DNA from: Octopus bimaculoides
Taxonomy: Eukaryota
DNA length: 62,730 nt
NCBI RefSeq assembly: GCF_001194135.2
Contig: NC_068984.1
Location: forward strand, 36,296,323 to 36,359,052
Direction: 5' to 3'
In this document: one piece after another, positions 27,798 to 41,272 of the stretch
How positions within the stretch are numbered: the stretch's first letter is position 1
How the letters are laid out: every line of letters begins with the position of its first letter
The notes under the pieces: model-generated
What the model was told of the DNA's origin: nothing
What the model saw: only the letters and a program-made list of their open reading frames with translations
The model's database searches: none
Position numbers and translations under genes: made by a program

Positions 27798-29379
27798 TCA
27801 GCAGCAATAGTTTGCATCACTGATAGTATTGACGATGCAATTTCAAAAGGTTTCCTACATTAGTTTATACTAGTTTTATCATCCATACTGTATGGTGGAA
27901 AATATATAATGAACTTACCAAGAACATTATTTCGATTATTAATATGGTTGTTGAAGTGAACACCAGAAAGTGCGATGAGTTCAATTGAATATGTTAAATA
28001 AGTACCATAAATATAATCATGGTTACAACACATACGGTGCCTAACCTTTACTCTACAAATTTGAAACCTTCCTCTAATCAAATACAGTATAATCGCTTAA
28101 TGGAAATAATTCTCGGTAACAAAACGGACAGAGCTTTCAATGTTATATATTTATTAAGTCATATTTATTTGCATTCCTGCCGGCGTTCTTATTTTTAACC
28201 TATCGTTTCTCGCATCAATAATGACGCAAATATATTTTATTACAATGAAATACAAATATGCTGTATTGTACTTATGGTAGAAATAGTGCAGTATGAGAAA
28301 AAGAGACAGATGAGATCCGAGGCAATGTAATGGTTTGGATTCAATTCCATGCAAGAAATAATTCATTTTCCTTAAATTGAAACGATAATAGCGTTTCAAA
28401 TTTGAATGAGAACATATCAACAACGGTTAAAATAATTGAAAGATGAAAGGATTTTGATTCTTTAAACAAGATATTGACAAAGTAAAGTCAGATGGTTGTA
28501 TATTATATGTAAAATCATCTTCAACTGGATTGCGCATATATATGTTAGCTGCACAAATGGTATGGGAAATGACAATGATATATATGATTTTACACACATT
28601 AGAAACGGAATAGTCATATTAATTCCCAAAGGAAACGTTTCAATTAACGTATAGAATTTAAAGTACCTGGTAGCCGATTGTAGTGTTATAACTGTATGAA
28701 ATTTTTGAATATTGACGCTAGGATGTATTATTAGTAAGGAAATCAAAACGTTTCCAATTACTTTTCTCTATGTGGTATAGAGTTCATCATGTTTATGCAG
28801 TTGTAACCAGAATACTGTTGCAATTTGCAACGTTAGATCAACAATTTTCAAATGATTTGTAGTTTCAAATGTCATTCTTTTGTTTACTGGTTGATATTTT
28901 AGAATCCATGGTGAGTTAATTTTACAATGGTTTCTTACTTGAGGCATATATTATAACAATAACGTACCGCTTTTTAACTTCATCAATGAAATATTCAGAA
29001 CAATATATAATATCATACCTCAATAGAATCACTGAAACTTCTATTTCCTACAAATATTCTCATATTAAGAGGTGGAAAAGTTACATATTTGTAAAGACTG
29101 GACAGAATCATTCATTATTTCATTTTTTTTTTTTTAGTATTGATATACGTGGTAAAAGTGTTTATAAAACATATACTATACGAATTTTGCAGAAGATGTT
29201 TTTTGTGTTCCATTAATCGCGTCGACCAGGGAAGCTGCGTGTTCGCAAAATATGAAGTTACATGTCAACATTAGCAATAGGTGTAGTTGAAATAATGAAT
29301 AATACACGTAAGTATCGAATGTGAATTGCATACGGCGAAAATAATATGTTGCCCTCTCCCGTTTCCCCTCAATTACTAC

Positions 29380-30240
29380 CCCTTCACCCTGACCCTCCGA
29401 CGGACCATTCTCCGAACCATCCGGTGATTCCAGTCCGACCGCTCCACTTTGCTCATCTTCCCCAACCTACCCCTTCCTTCCTTCAAGAGGGCGCACAAAC
29501 TACGTGACCTCCAGTACACAGTCTCTTCCCTAAACCAATCTCCCAACCTGGCTCGTTCTCTTGCTGCTGTTCACGCTGCCGCACTTGCCCCAACTTCTCC
29601 AACACCATCCTCACAGGCACCCATCATCGTCTCTATCATATCACTGACTCCTTTACCTGCACTTCTAGCAACGTTATTTACTGCATCTCCTTCCCTTACT
29701 TACCATCTCTGTACATCGGTCAAACGGGACGCAATTTGGCTGACCGGTTCGTGGGGCAACTCCGAGACATTAGACCTGGCAATGACCCTCCAGCCCCCGG
29801 GTTCGCGCCATTTCTGCTCTACTGGTCATTCCTTACAACACTTGTCTGTGTTCAGATTGTCTTTGCACAGGGGACATCCAGACTCTCGCCTTTGCCGTGA
29901 ACAAGTACTAATCTTCTCGCTTCGCTCCTTTGCGTCACATGGGCTCAACTCTCCTCCCCTCTTCATCTGACTCCCCTTCTCTCCTCTCTTCATGTTAGAC
30001 TTACTCTCTTCATTCCTATCATCTCCCCTCTCTCTCTCTCTCTTACCCTCACACCTACTTCCTCTCTTAATTCCTACCCACCTCTTCATTCCTACCCACC
30101 TCTCCTCTCTCTTGCCCTCATGCCTACTTGCTCTCTTGACTGCTACCCATCTCCTCTCTTCTTTGATACCCTCTATCCACCCCAACCCCACATACCCCAC
30201 CCCTACTCCACACCTCCACTTCCATCCACAAGGAACATTC
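29380..30240 (+). mobile_element. Penelope-like element 3' part: GIY-YIG endonuclease remnant plus pyrimidine-rich 3' region
   Basis: Frameshifted translation gives PLPSFKRAHKLRDL, SCCCSRCRTCPNF, DSFTCTSSNVIYCI, LYIGQTGRNLADRF, RHFCSTGHS and REQVLIFSLRSFASHGLN* (stop at 29970). The Cys motif before the GIY-YIG domain is Neptune-type. Confidence 0.92.
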
Positions 30241-30545
30241 TAGTGAAGTTGAACATCTTACCTGGCCACCATAGTCTCCAGATATCGACATTATTGAACA
30301 TGTATGGTGCATTTTAGGAAAAGAAGTAAGGAGTCGATATCCTCCACCATTATAATTACAAGAACCGGAGAATGTTTTAGCTGAAGACTAGACAAACATT
30401 TCCTTACAAAACAATTCAAACTATGTACGAGTCCATACCTCATAGAATTCAAGCTGTAATTACTGCCAAAGGCCGTCCTACGCTATATTAAAATTAATTT
30501 GTTTTAAATTTTAAGGTGTTTCCATTATTTTGTCCAACCACTGTA
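30241..30545 (+). mobile_element. Tc1-like transposon 3' end
   Basis: Translates as LTWPP*SPDIDIIEHVW...MYESIPHRIQAVITAKGRPTLY*. It ends in the TIR-like ccattattttgtccaaccactgta. Confidence 0.9.
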
Positions 30546-31779
30546 CATACTCCAAAAATACTTGATATATTTTTTATCGCTAAATTCATGTTCTGCTATA
30601 TCTTAACTGCTTCTACCCTATCGTATCTACTTCTTCCCCTACATCATTTTCCGAATTCTTTCTCCATCCAACTACCTGACACATAGCCATATACTATATC
30701 ATTATGCTCATTACCTATTGCATCTCATGGCGGCTGACTGATCAGAGAAAACTCAGTTTTATATTGACTTACTTGCACCATGAGAATCATTTAGATGTTT
30801 CAATACATCCCAGACACAGCAAAATCTCAGTGCCCTAAATAGTTCATGCTATTCCCTCAGAGCTGTATTCCAGCATTACAAGCAAGAAAATGCCTCCAAT
30901 GACTGGAAAATGTCACTTATATGCAACAAAGGCCGGCGTTTAACAAACAGTGCAATTGTTGTAAAACCATCGTTTAAACAGTGAAGAATGCTTCCGTACA
31001 TCACTCAGCTCTTGACGTCTCCAGCCTCTCTGACTGAGATTAGGTGTTTTGTTCTTTTGCCAAAATATGTCCTACCAGGCTTAACCAATCATACGTAACA
31101 CCATTTCTGAACCACTATTGTACATCCACGTTGAACATATCTATTTTCGCTGCCCATTTTAAATTTAAATCCAAACTGCACACTTGGTAATATCGGCTCC
31201 AATCAAGTCTGTTCCACTTTTCCTAATATAGACACGTGAAACATTTGCAATTATAATCGTTAACCTCAAGCCACAAAGGCCAAAATGCTTGAAAAATGTT
31301 ACATTATTTCCAAATAATTCACTCCAGTGTTAACCCTGAAACTCTTCAAACACTTTCATCCCTCCTTCAATAAATTATATACTCCGGTCATTCAGAAAAG
31401 TTTGCTATATCCAAGAACAACATTTTTCTAATGCAAAATAATGTCCTATCGTTATTAATTCGGATATCGCAAAGTTAATGTTGACAGTCTTTAAATGCAA
31501 TTATTGAAATCTTTAATCACTCTCCTCTTTCACTCATGACACTACTCTTTCATTCTATTTCCATTGTCATATATCAGTAGTCCCTCGCCAAAGAGATTTT
31601 TGGAGAGAGTAAAGTCGTTTCACCCGATTTGACATCCATGCAAATCACCTTCGCAAACTTTTCGCGTAGAACTCCTATCATTTTGAGTTAGACGCCATCC
31701 GTGTGCAATCGTGACATTTCTCGCCAAACCTGAACTCAATGTAAGGTATCCTGGAATTATGTCATTACAATTCTCTTTC

Positions 31780-32260
31780 AAAAGTGGTCACCATATGAGA
31801 TCGTCACTCATTAACTCTCCTTTAACCTGCGTAGTACCTAGTTATCACTCCAAATTATGAGCTTCGTTACAAGTGAAAATCTCTCTCGAAGAGCTGTGAT
31901 CTTTAAAGTACCGAAAGCTGCATCTCAAAGAGTGGCACTTCTCTTCAGAGCTCTACGAAGGTCAGTTTACACTCAATAGATCATCGTTCCCTTGTCTCGG
32001 CTGGTACTACACGGAAACATTCAACAGCGCATTCAAGTTACTTACACTTTACAGATTGCCATAACGTTAACGTTAGATGCCCTTCCAGCCTATGTACCCT
32101 AAACTTACCGTCTCCAAACTTTTCCATTTCTATCTTACCAAATGCTATCTGTTTTGGGAACTACAAGGTTGCGAGTCACGTCCAATACAGGAGTTATTAT
32201 TTGCCTGTTTCTATTATCATCGCTTATGTTGCACATCAACACCCTGGCCTGCACGAACTA
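31780..32260 (+). mobile_element. Highly decayed CR1/L2-group LINE 3' remnant
   Basis: KAASQRVALLFRAL resembles the post-RT motif (K.ASRKLG.LFRA.). A downstream LPNA resembles WNSLP. There are many stops and frameshifts. Confidence 0.35.
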
Positions 32261-33689
32261 CAATGCTAGCTTACATCTCTTCGGAATATCACCCTTTGTA
32301 ACTCTTTCTCACCACATAACTTTTCTACTGGTGTCATTTACTGAATTTCAATTGTGACGTTTATTGCATCGATCCCACTTACCTTAGAGTGTCTTCGACA
32401 ACGATGAGTATGGTATGTTCCTCTAGATTATTATAAAAATTAGAATAATGAAAGTAATCCATACTATGGGTTATGTTCAATTTAATTTGCACGTGAGATA
32501 ATTTTGTTGAACAGTCTGCTGCAATACACTGATTTGTGCAAATTCACAGTGGTTCAAGTACGGTGAGCTTTTCTACCATCGCCACAAATTGACTTTTAAG
32601 GACATTGTGCTTAGATATAGCAAACTGGCAGAAATGTAATCAAGATACCGCATATTATTTGCTTGTTTATATTATATCACAAACCACTGGTCTCATCTTA
32701 ATGCATCTGACGTATCCTCTTCAATCATTTTTTTTTACTTTCAGATGCCCAAAACTTCAACAGATAGCCTTCACTGCAGCAGCATAAGCCATGGCTATAC
32801 TGACAGGAAATTGCATTATTTTTTCTTCTTCAGTCTCTCTCGGTCTGTTTGTTATGCTATTCATCATTTCACGTTAGCTTTTGCACACTGGTGTTCTTAA
32901 TACAATAGTATATATTTCAATAATATATATTATATACTGTATATGTGTTGTAACGTTTTTGTCTTTAATATTTTCTTTATTGTTCACGCAGGAAAATATT
33001 TAACTGCAACTTTCTTGGATAGCCGTCGTTTCTCTCGCGTCATATTTTGTAACATTTTTTATTTCTCATCTGCTGGGAAATATTTCCCTAAACAATTACG
33101 TATTTTACGTGTGCGAGTACTGACATGAATACATTCATACTATCAAATTTATGTATGTTAAATCTTATACAAATATAGCTGTATATATTCATTAACATAG
33201 CTATATCTGAGTTTTTAAAACTCACCATAAGCAACGCAAACGAGTATCAACATTTGTTTTGAACAACGATAAATCTTCAAATTTTTCAAAATACCCAGAT
33301 TAATCATGTCAAGAAACATTGACTTACACCTTCCTGAGACAAAGCTCAATAATACCTTGACAATATACAAAGAGCAAAATCTGAAACGAGCGTTTCCAAA
33401 GCTATTGATATACTCACACATACACCCACATCCGGACGCGCGCCTGCACACACACACATACACATCATAACGTGCAGGTTATATTCTTTAGTTCACATTG
33501 CCTCGAATCAAATTCGTTTTCTTTTAATCTTATGCAGGTACAAGTAATGCATAAGAGGACGGTTTTGTTTACTGCAGTGTGCAAAAATCTAGGATACTAA
33601 CAGGTATGAAGAGATTTAGCAGTGTCATATATGAACAGTAATATATCAAGTGTACATGGAGCTGCAACTGCTACTTTCTAAATAGCTCT

Positions 33690-33900
33690 GCCTCACTATC
33701 CTGTTTTCTTCGCTGGTCCATTTCGTCCTTCTTACGCTATTATCTGCTGATACTGAATTCGGATAACAGCTGTGGCCACTCTGCATCTTTACTGAACCAC
33801 TGCCGAGCGAGAGGCCTTCCTTTAAAGGCCCAGCATCATTTTCGCTATTACGAGAGTCCCTTCTGAAACTCCTGTCTCTCATAAACTGAGGTAAGGTAAC
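33690..33900 (-). mobile_element. R4/Dong-type retrotransposon, N-terminal ORF remnant
   Basis: The minus-strand ORF contains RRTKWTSEENRIVRQSYLES, the N-terminal KWTxEEN (Myb-like) motif of R4/Dong ORFs. Confidence 0.6.
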
Positions 33901-34015
33901 ATTCATCATCATCGTCATCAACACTATCATTTTTCGACATCTGATTGTTTCAAGCAACTTTCTGTTGCATCATTTGCTGCGCCTTTGTACAAGTGTGGTG
34001 GTATATGCTGCATTT

Positions 34016-34044
34016 TATTATGATTATTATTATTATTATTATTA

Positions 34045-34118
<74 letters not shown>

Positions 34119-34128
34119 AATAATAATA
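34016..34128 (+). repeat. (ATT)n microsatellite
   Basis: Read directly from the sequence. Confidence 0.98.
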
Positions 34129-34129
34129 T

Positions 34130-34715
34130 TTAGTGAGAGAGCAGTGCATGCCATCAAAGTGATACTGTGGTAAAATATACGAAGTTCAGTATACCCATCA
34201 TGACTACTCGTCTGATAAGGGTACACCAGGCACATGCATCACAACCATATGTGCGTGACATAGGGATCTCATATCAAGGTAAATAGCGCATGATCTTGCT
34301 GGTGGGGACCAGTTATAATTGTCTTCGGGTCAAGTAGCCCATCCCGATCAAAAGGTACCTGAATAAGGTTTATTTAAGGATGATGAACAAAACACCTCTG
34401 TTTCTACAAGTGAATTATCCAAACTCTTAGGAATTTCTCTGAACACATGGATAACATGCTCCCCCCACTACGTCTACTCCCCTACAACATCTACTCGTGA
34501 TCAGCGATGCTCATATCATCAGCCACTAAAGGATATGCTCAACTGGTTAAGGTCAAGCTACTGACAAACAAATACGTGGTATTGAGCAGAATATTTGCTG
34601 TAGCCTATATTTTATAGCAAGACAAAACAATGTACATGATAACGCTTCAAACCATCAGTTAACACCAGAAACCATGAGAACCACCAGACGAAATGCTTGG
34701 CAACATTTTGTTCAA
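34130..34715. mobile_element. ~580-bp non-coding interspersed repeat abutting (ATT)n; family unresolved
   Basis: Complex sequence, higher in GC than its surroundings, with no ORF, starting right at the microsatellite edge. It resembles an abundant octopus repeat by recognition only; I could not search. Confidence 0.45.
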
Positions 34716-36599
34716 CTTTACGTTTTGAGGTCGGACTTACTTTCACTCTTCTAAGCTTGTTAAAATAAGTACCAGTCAAGTGATCATGAAATCGTACCCC
34801 CGAATTGTCAGGTTTTGTTTCTGTAATTCAATTATTACCATCATCAATTGCTGCTGGTGATAATGATAAGAGTATTGTTTGAATATTGAGAATTATTTAA
34901 GAATAATGCTCCTCAATGGCACATATTTTGTCCGCAGAGCATATAGCCAGTATGCCTGAATGAATGCGTTAGAAGACTACTTTTCAGAAAATGGAGGAAC
35001 TGCAAAATTGGCAATGATAAAAGGAAAGGGAGGAACATGGAGTAAGACAGATTAGAATATCATTCGTTTAGAAGTATGTGCCTTTGCTTCAGTAAGCTGA
35101 GACGACGGTAATGCGTGTATTGCAGATGATGATATTGCCGATTTCAAAGATGAGTTCAAGAATGATGTTAATGAAGTTAGTAAAAATGGTGTCAAAGGCG
35201 ACGAGGATGTTGTTGTGATCATGATGATGATGATGATGATGATGATAATGACTGTAAGCATCTCTGAAGGTGATGCCTACAGTTATAACTGTCATTAAAC
35301 ATCAGCAACCCAGCATTATTCGGCGATCGAGAATATATCCAAACCTAAAGAAAACGAGAAAAGTCAGAAAGCAAGAGGAAATTATTGCGTGAAAAATAAA
35401 GTTTGCTATTACATTCCGCTTCTGATATACACAGCGAAATGTTATTAGAAAACAAATATTTGCTTCCAGAACAATGAATCTTTATGGTTTCAAGTCGGAA
35501 AGACTTTTTCCTTCCCTTGATGCCATAGCGTATTATACACATGAAGAGATATTTTGAAATTAATGTAACCCTAAACGCAAACTAGAAGTGTCGACAAGGC
35601 ATTTATTTCAGTACTTATCGATCAGAAGCGTATTATTCGGTGACCTTCTTAATCATTCTACTTAATCCTACTTAGATGGTTTAAGTGAAGAATATTTTAC
35701 CACATTTTCATCGCACAGAACAATTGATAGCCTTTGCGCCTCGTGAGATATAGCGAGGAAATATGTCAGATATAATTACGTTTGGTTACTTAGAGTCACT
35801 GCATATGCCCATATTTCTGCAGGAGTTAACATAACGAACATTAAGATCGATATGACACGAGCCGATAGGGATTTTCTTTTACCAAATAGAGAAACGATGT
35901 TTTTCATTTCAGCATCTGAGCTACAAATTGTACAATGTCAAAACTTAATTGTCATTGAATCAAACTCTTAATATAATGGAAAACATGGATAAGTACAAAT
36001 TCGAATTTTTAGCTATTAGAATAAAAAGCGCTGCCTAAAACATAATTGAGAGTGAATGATATATTATATAGGTGAACTGTGGTACACTCTGTTAAAAAAA
36101 AACTTTGGGAAAGTCGCTGCTTTCGTCGCTTTTAGTGCAGGGGTTTCGATAGCTATATCCAGCATACTTATGTTTCCATTCTAGAAACAATACTTCTTTA
36201 CGCTATACTGCCATAACTCACAATAAATGTGCATTGAAATCTTGTGCACGCTCATCGACAAAGAATGGTAATAAGCTAAATATTGTAAGCGGTTTGGCGA
36301 AGTAATTTTCTGTTTAAAATATTTACTGAATTTCACTTATATCAGAGTTTATGCTTTTGGCTAAAAGGTAGATATGTACATGCAAGTGTACATGCTATGT
36401 GTCTGCAAATATTGAATGCGTTGGTTAATGTCACGAGTCCTAGGGCACATATGCACGGCTACCGCATGGCGTGTATGTCACAGAGATCAATATATGCAAA
36501 TATTCATATCTACACAGACAGACAGATAAATAAACGAACACGCGTACACAGAGAGACAGAGAGAGACACAGAAATACATAGACAGAAAGACAGACATGC

Positions 36600-36651
<52 letters not shown>

Positions 36652-37039
36652 GGATGGATGGATATAGATATTTAGTTGACAGTCATACAAGGAGAGAAGA
36701 AAGAAAATAAATGTAAGTTGTGGTTATACATGTATTAATGATCTGCTATCATCTGAGGCATAGTTGCTTGAATACAAATAAGACAAAAAATGCTGTAAAT
36801 ACCAAAAGCAGAATGGATATGTATGCTCGAATGAGTTTCTATGTACGCTGTTGTATACATGTGAACTTATAGAGGCATTATAAACACGCACACATGCATA
36901 AACATATATAAGTATATACATGGAAGAGTTATAAAGAGCAAAAAAAAAGAGAATAGAACCATCAGCATATTCATAATTTTCTGTTTTCAGGATCTCTCTA
37001 ATCTTTTCCCATACTCCTTCTGTACACACAACCAAGTGT

Positions 37040-37214
<175 letters not shown>

Positions 37215-38299
37215 TAGATATATATATTTATATACATATATATATATACATATATATATGTATACATATATACATGCCTATAAATATATATACATATATG
37301 CATAAACACACACATATACAGATATATATGTACGTTTAAATATATATATATATAAATATGCATGTGTGTATATACATACATATATATGTGTGTGTTTGAG
37401 CGTGTGTGTGTTTGAGCATGTGTGTGTTTGTGTGTATGTGTGTGTATGTGAGTGCGTGTGTGTGTCTGTGTATGTGTGTGTATGAATGTAGTTATGTATA
37501 TATCTATGTAATTGTGTGAGTATGTGTTCTTGCGTCATTCTCTTTGTGTATACATATATGCAAGACTCTACAAATTCATATCTTGATGTAACTTTAGTGC
37601 CCCCACTGCAGTCTACTGCATTCCAGTCAATTAAGCCGGATCTTGAAATGTTATTTATCGAATTTTCTTTTCATTAGAATACGGCAACAGGCCATCTTGC
37701 AATAACAATGGAGTATATATCATAAAAATAAAACAAAATACAACCTCTCGTGGGCATTGTTCCACAAATATTCCCAATACCTTTTTTATTATTACATTGG
37801 GACCCGACCAACATAAGCTTGGAACAACTGATGCTAAGGATCTGGATTGGCAGTGATCCAATCGGAGCTAGTTTGTTAGCGTTGCCAATGATATCTGCAC
37901 TGTGGCATAAATTCTCTTTCATATGGAATGTCAACGATTTTCACTTACTTTCTCCTGATGTCATATCAATTCCTAACACTTTAGCCACGCCTACATATTT
38001 CGTTATAGCTTAAGCAAAGCATAAAACTGAAATGAATACCTTCTCAAACTGTTGCATATATAGATACAGAAATGCAGTCATAAATAGGTGACAACATAGA
38101 GGAGATATAAACATGTGTGTGTATGTGAGTGTGTGTGTGTCTGTGGTGGTTGTGTGTGTGTGTGTGTGTGTGTGCATGCGCATGTGTGACTGCGTGTGTG
38201 TTCATGGATTTATTTTTTGTTTTGACATGGTTTTGTAATACATGATTTGACTTTTTCTACACGTTATGCAGTTTTCTCATTATTATTATTATATTATTA

Positions 38300-38356
<57 letters not shown>

Positions 38357-38357
38357 C

Positions 38358-38990
38358 ATGTTTGACCTTGGCTTTGTAGTTGTACATGTTGGCTCCAAGT
38401 CATACCCAGAGACTACAAGAGCCCAAGAGCCAACAAATTATAAGATCATAATCGTGTTATGCCTAAGGTATCATATATTTGGTTTTGCACATAGCATTGT
38501 TCTAGATAAGGAGTTTGTGTTAAAATTTGATATTACATGGACGGTATCTTACGTAGCATATGGGCATTTGAGGGTTTCTTGGTATCTGAGCTAGCTAGCA
38601 CTCAACCCTTTTGCTATCATTTCTAGGGCACTCATGACAACATGTATTGTTTTAGTCTTCAAGTTCCACATTTTGCCAATTTCTATTTCAAGATCTTTAT
38701 ACTTTCTCAGCTTTTGGTAGGTCATGACAGATACATTTATTTTGCATCTATCTTTCTGTCAGTTTGAATGGGGAAGTTCCAGAGGAGTGAGTTGTGATCA
38801 TTTTCAAGCACTGGAGGTGCTTTGTGTTCCCACGAGTTTTTTTTTTTTTATCATTGGGCATGTCCAGGTCTTTGCAAATTATGCAGTGAATATATTGTGC
38901 TGCTCTATCATGTCTGTTGGGATACTCTGTAGGCGCAAGTAGATTGCACATGGAGACATGATCGATGGTTTCATTTTGTTGTGGACATAC
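38358..38990 (-). mobile_element. R4/Dong-type non-LTR retrotransposon, 5'-truncated and degenerate (older subfamily)
   Basis: Minus strand gives VCPQQNETIDHV...EYPNRHDRAAQYIH...LLWNFPIQTDRKID and EKYKDLEIEIGKMWNLKTK, with the PD..D segment deleted. The 3' UTR ends in (AAT)n (38280-38357). Confidence 0.9.
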
Positions 38991-39792
38991 CTGCTCAAGA
39001 CCAAAGCTTATTAACCCGGAACTACCAAGCCAATGTGATAAAAAATGGAGCTGACCCAAAATGCCGATTTTGTAACGATGCGATTGAAACTATAGACTAC
39101 CTAATCTCAGCGTGTAGAGTGTTAGCACCTGTAGAATATAAAGCGAGACATGACAGAGTTGGCCAGTATTTACACTGGACAATATGTCAGCATTATAAAA
39201 TCAAAAGCGCTGGCAAATGGTATAAACACCATCCTGAAGCTGTGACTGAGGGAGAAAATGTATCGATTCTCTGGGACTTCCCCGTACATACCGACAAGAC
39301 TATAAAAGCTAATAAACCGGATATTATCATAAAAGATCAGACAAAGAAGACGTGTTTATTAATTGACATGAGCATTCCCTGTGATCATAATATAGCGGCG
39401 AAAGAATTTGACAAGATCAGTAAATATAAAGACTTGCTAATAGAAATTGAAAAAATGTGGCACCTCAAGGCGACTACCATACCAGTGATTGTAGGATCTC
39501 TAGGAATGATAAAAAAAGGTACTGAAATCTATTTGAAAATGATACCAGGCTTACCATCTCTACAGGAGGTGCAAAAAATCGTGCTAACTGGAACGACTCA
39601 TGTACTAAGAAGAGCATTATCGCTGTGAAAACAACATCCATTCATGATTTTTTTTTTCTTAAATACATGTTTTACCTATGAATTTGCATGTGTAAATTGG
39701 GAATGCATACAACGTTTCTCTGCCCTAGGGGTACGGAAAAAACTCGGCGAGAAATGGGAAAAAATTTGAAGAAAGAAGAAAAAAAAAACAAA
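38991..39792 (+). mobile_element. R4/Dong-type non-LTR retrotransposon, 5'-truncated, with an intact CCHC plus restriction-like endonuclease frame
   Basis: Stop-free frame to 39628: AQDQSL..., CRFC...ETIDYLISAC, RHDRV, ANKPDIIIKD..IDM..P.D.N...KE..K..KY. The 3' UTR is followed by (AAT)n. Confidence 0.95.
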
Positions 39793-39807
39793 ATAATAAT
39801 AGTAATA

Positions 39808-39840
<33 letters not shown>

Positions 39841-39852
39841 ATATTATTAAAA

Positions 39853-39883
<31 letters not shown>

Positions 39884-39937
39884 ATTATTATTGTTATTAT
39901 TATTATAATATTTATCAATATCATTATTATTATTATA

Positions 39938-40364
39938 GGCGTAGGAGTGGCTTTGTGGTAAGTAGCTTGCTTACCATCCACATGGTCCCGGGTTCAGTCC
40001 CACTGCGTGGCATCTTGGGCAAGTGTCTTCTACTATAGCCTCGGGTGATCAAAGCCTTGTGAGTGGATTTGGTAGACGGAAACTGAAAGAAGCCCGTCGT
40101 ATATATGTATATATATATATATATGTATGTGTGTATGTGTTTGTGTGTCTGTGTTTGTGTGTCTGTGTTTGTCCCCCAACATCGCCTGACAACCGATGCT
40201 GGTGTGTTTATGTCCCCGTAACTTAGCGGTTCGGCAAAAGAGACCGATAGAAGAAGTACTAGGCTTCTAAAGAATAAGTCCTGGGGTCGATTTGCTCGAC
40301 TAAAGCCGATGCTCCGGCATGGCCACTGTCAAAAGACTGAAACAAGTAAAAGAGTAGAAGAGTA
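39938..40364 (+). mobile_element. tRNA-derived SINE family A, near full length
   Basis: A-box-like gtggctttgtggtaag and B-box-like gggttcagtccc; core cttgggcaagtgtcttctactatagcc; internal (TA)/(TG) repeat; tail gactgaaacaagtaaaagagtagaagag. Confidence 0.92.
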
Positions 40365-40426
<62 letters not shown>

Positions 40427-40427
40427 C

Positions 40428-40471
<44 letters not shown>

Positions 40472-40489
40472 TAATAATAATAATAATAT
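40365..40489. repeat. (ATT)n immediately followed by (AAT)n (self-complementary array)
   Basis: Read directly; the strand switch is near 40427. Confidence 0.97.
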
Positions 40490-41272
40490 AGTCGTCGCAC
40501 AGTATAAATTATCGTGAGGTTGTTGATTGAAGATAATTTGTTTCTCTACTGTTTCTCAAGTCGCAACAAGGAACTCAGACAGACAGAACTTTATGCAATT
40601 CGTGTGCAGTTCCAAGTAATACCGATGTATGCAATACATCTAGATTGTAGAATATTTCTAAGGTTTTCAGATGTTTTTTCTTTTTTTTTTTTTTCCAGAT
40701 TGGGTGGTATTGCACCCAATGCTGCTATGACAATAGGTATAACCGTTATGTTCGACTCTTGTAGATTCTACATGTTATCAGTCATAATTCTCAGGTCTCC
40801 ATATTTATCAACTTTTTATCTTTCTTTCATGATGAAATGCTGATCTCCTGGCACTGCTACGCCTACTATTTGGCACTGTTTCGTTGCCCTCCTAAAGGTT
40901 ATTATATCCGGCCTTCGGTGCTCTAACACTTTGTCTGTCTGGAAATCAAATTTCAAGAGGATTTTTGCCTTTCCCTATTCGTCCATTACATTTTCCGGTG
41001 TATATTGGAACTAAGCACTCGTAACCTCATATCTATACTTACGGAATAGTAGCCACTGGAGTTTTGGGGCTAATTTGTCGTGTCCACGCTTCTACTCTTT
41101 CTGCGCAAGACTTTCACAAGCACTAGCAATTTGAATCACACATTTGACCATCTTACCACATATTCTGAAGAAATCTGATGCGCTCGTGTGGTATATATTC
41201 TTTTTCACTGAGTTGGCATTCAATGCCTGATGCTGGGCCGCGATGATTAGGCCTTCAGCATTCTTTTCAAAC
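40490..41272 (-). mobile_element. R4/Dong-type retrotransposon, 5'-truncated and degenerate (third subfamily)
   Basis: Minus strand gives EGLIIAAQHQAL...RICGK...IASACESLAQKE, DFQTDKVLEHRRPDII, VAVPGD, KVDKYGDL, IPIVIAALGAIP and LLGTAHELHKVLSV*. Confidence 0.88.

Noticed and set aside
27638-27850. Poly-Thr/poly-Ala mucin-like ORF on the minus strand
   Set aside because: It is mostly a (TAC)/(TGC) microsatellite, similar to other non-coding arrays in the window.
31560-31760. Complex stretch suspected to be a mariner N-terminus
   Set aside because: No consistent transposase motif in any frame.
35080-35295. Asp/Met-rich frame (DDDIADFKDEF...MMMM) with plausible splice sites; reflectin considered
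   Set aside because: The composition is explained by a decayed (GAT)n microsatellite, and the reflectin MD(X)5 periodicity and Tyr/Arg content are absent.
37655-37934. RT-like fragments (PIQILSISCSKLM; CPREVVFCFIFMIY)
   Set aside because: It may be a decayed LINE, but the matches are too short and discontinuous to support a call.
39938-40020. tRNA-like heads of the SINEs (also 41431 and others)
   Set aside because: Only A/B boxes are present. There is no complete cloverleaf, and each continues into a SINE body, so they are not tRNA genes.
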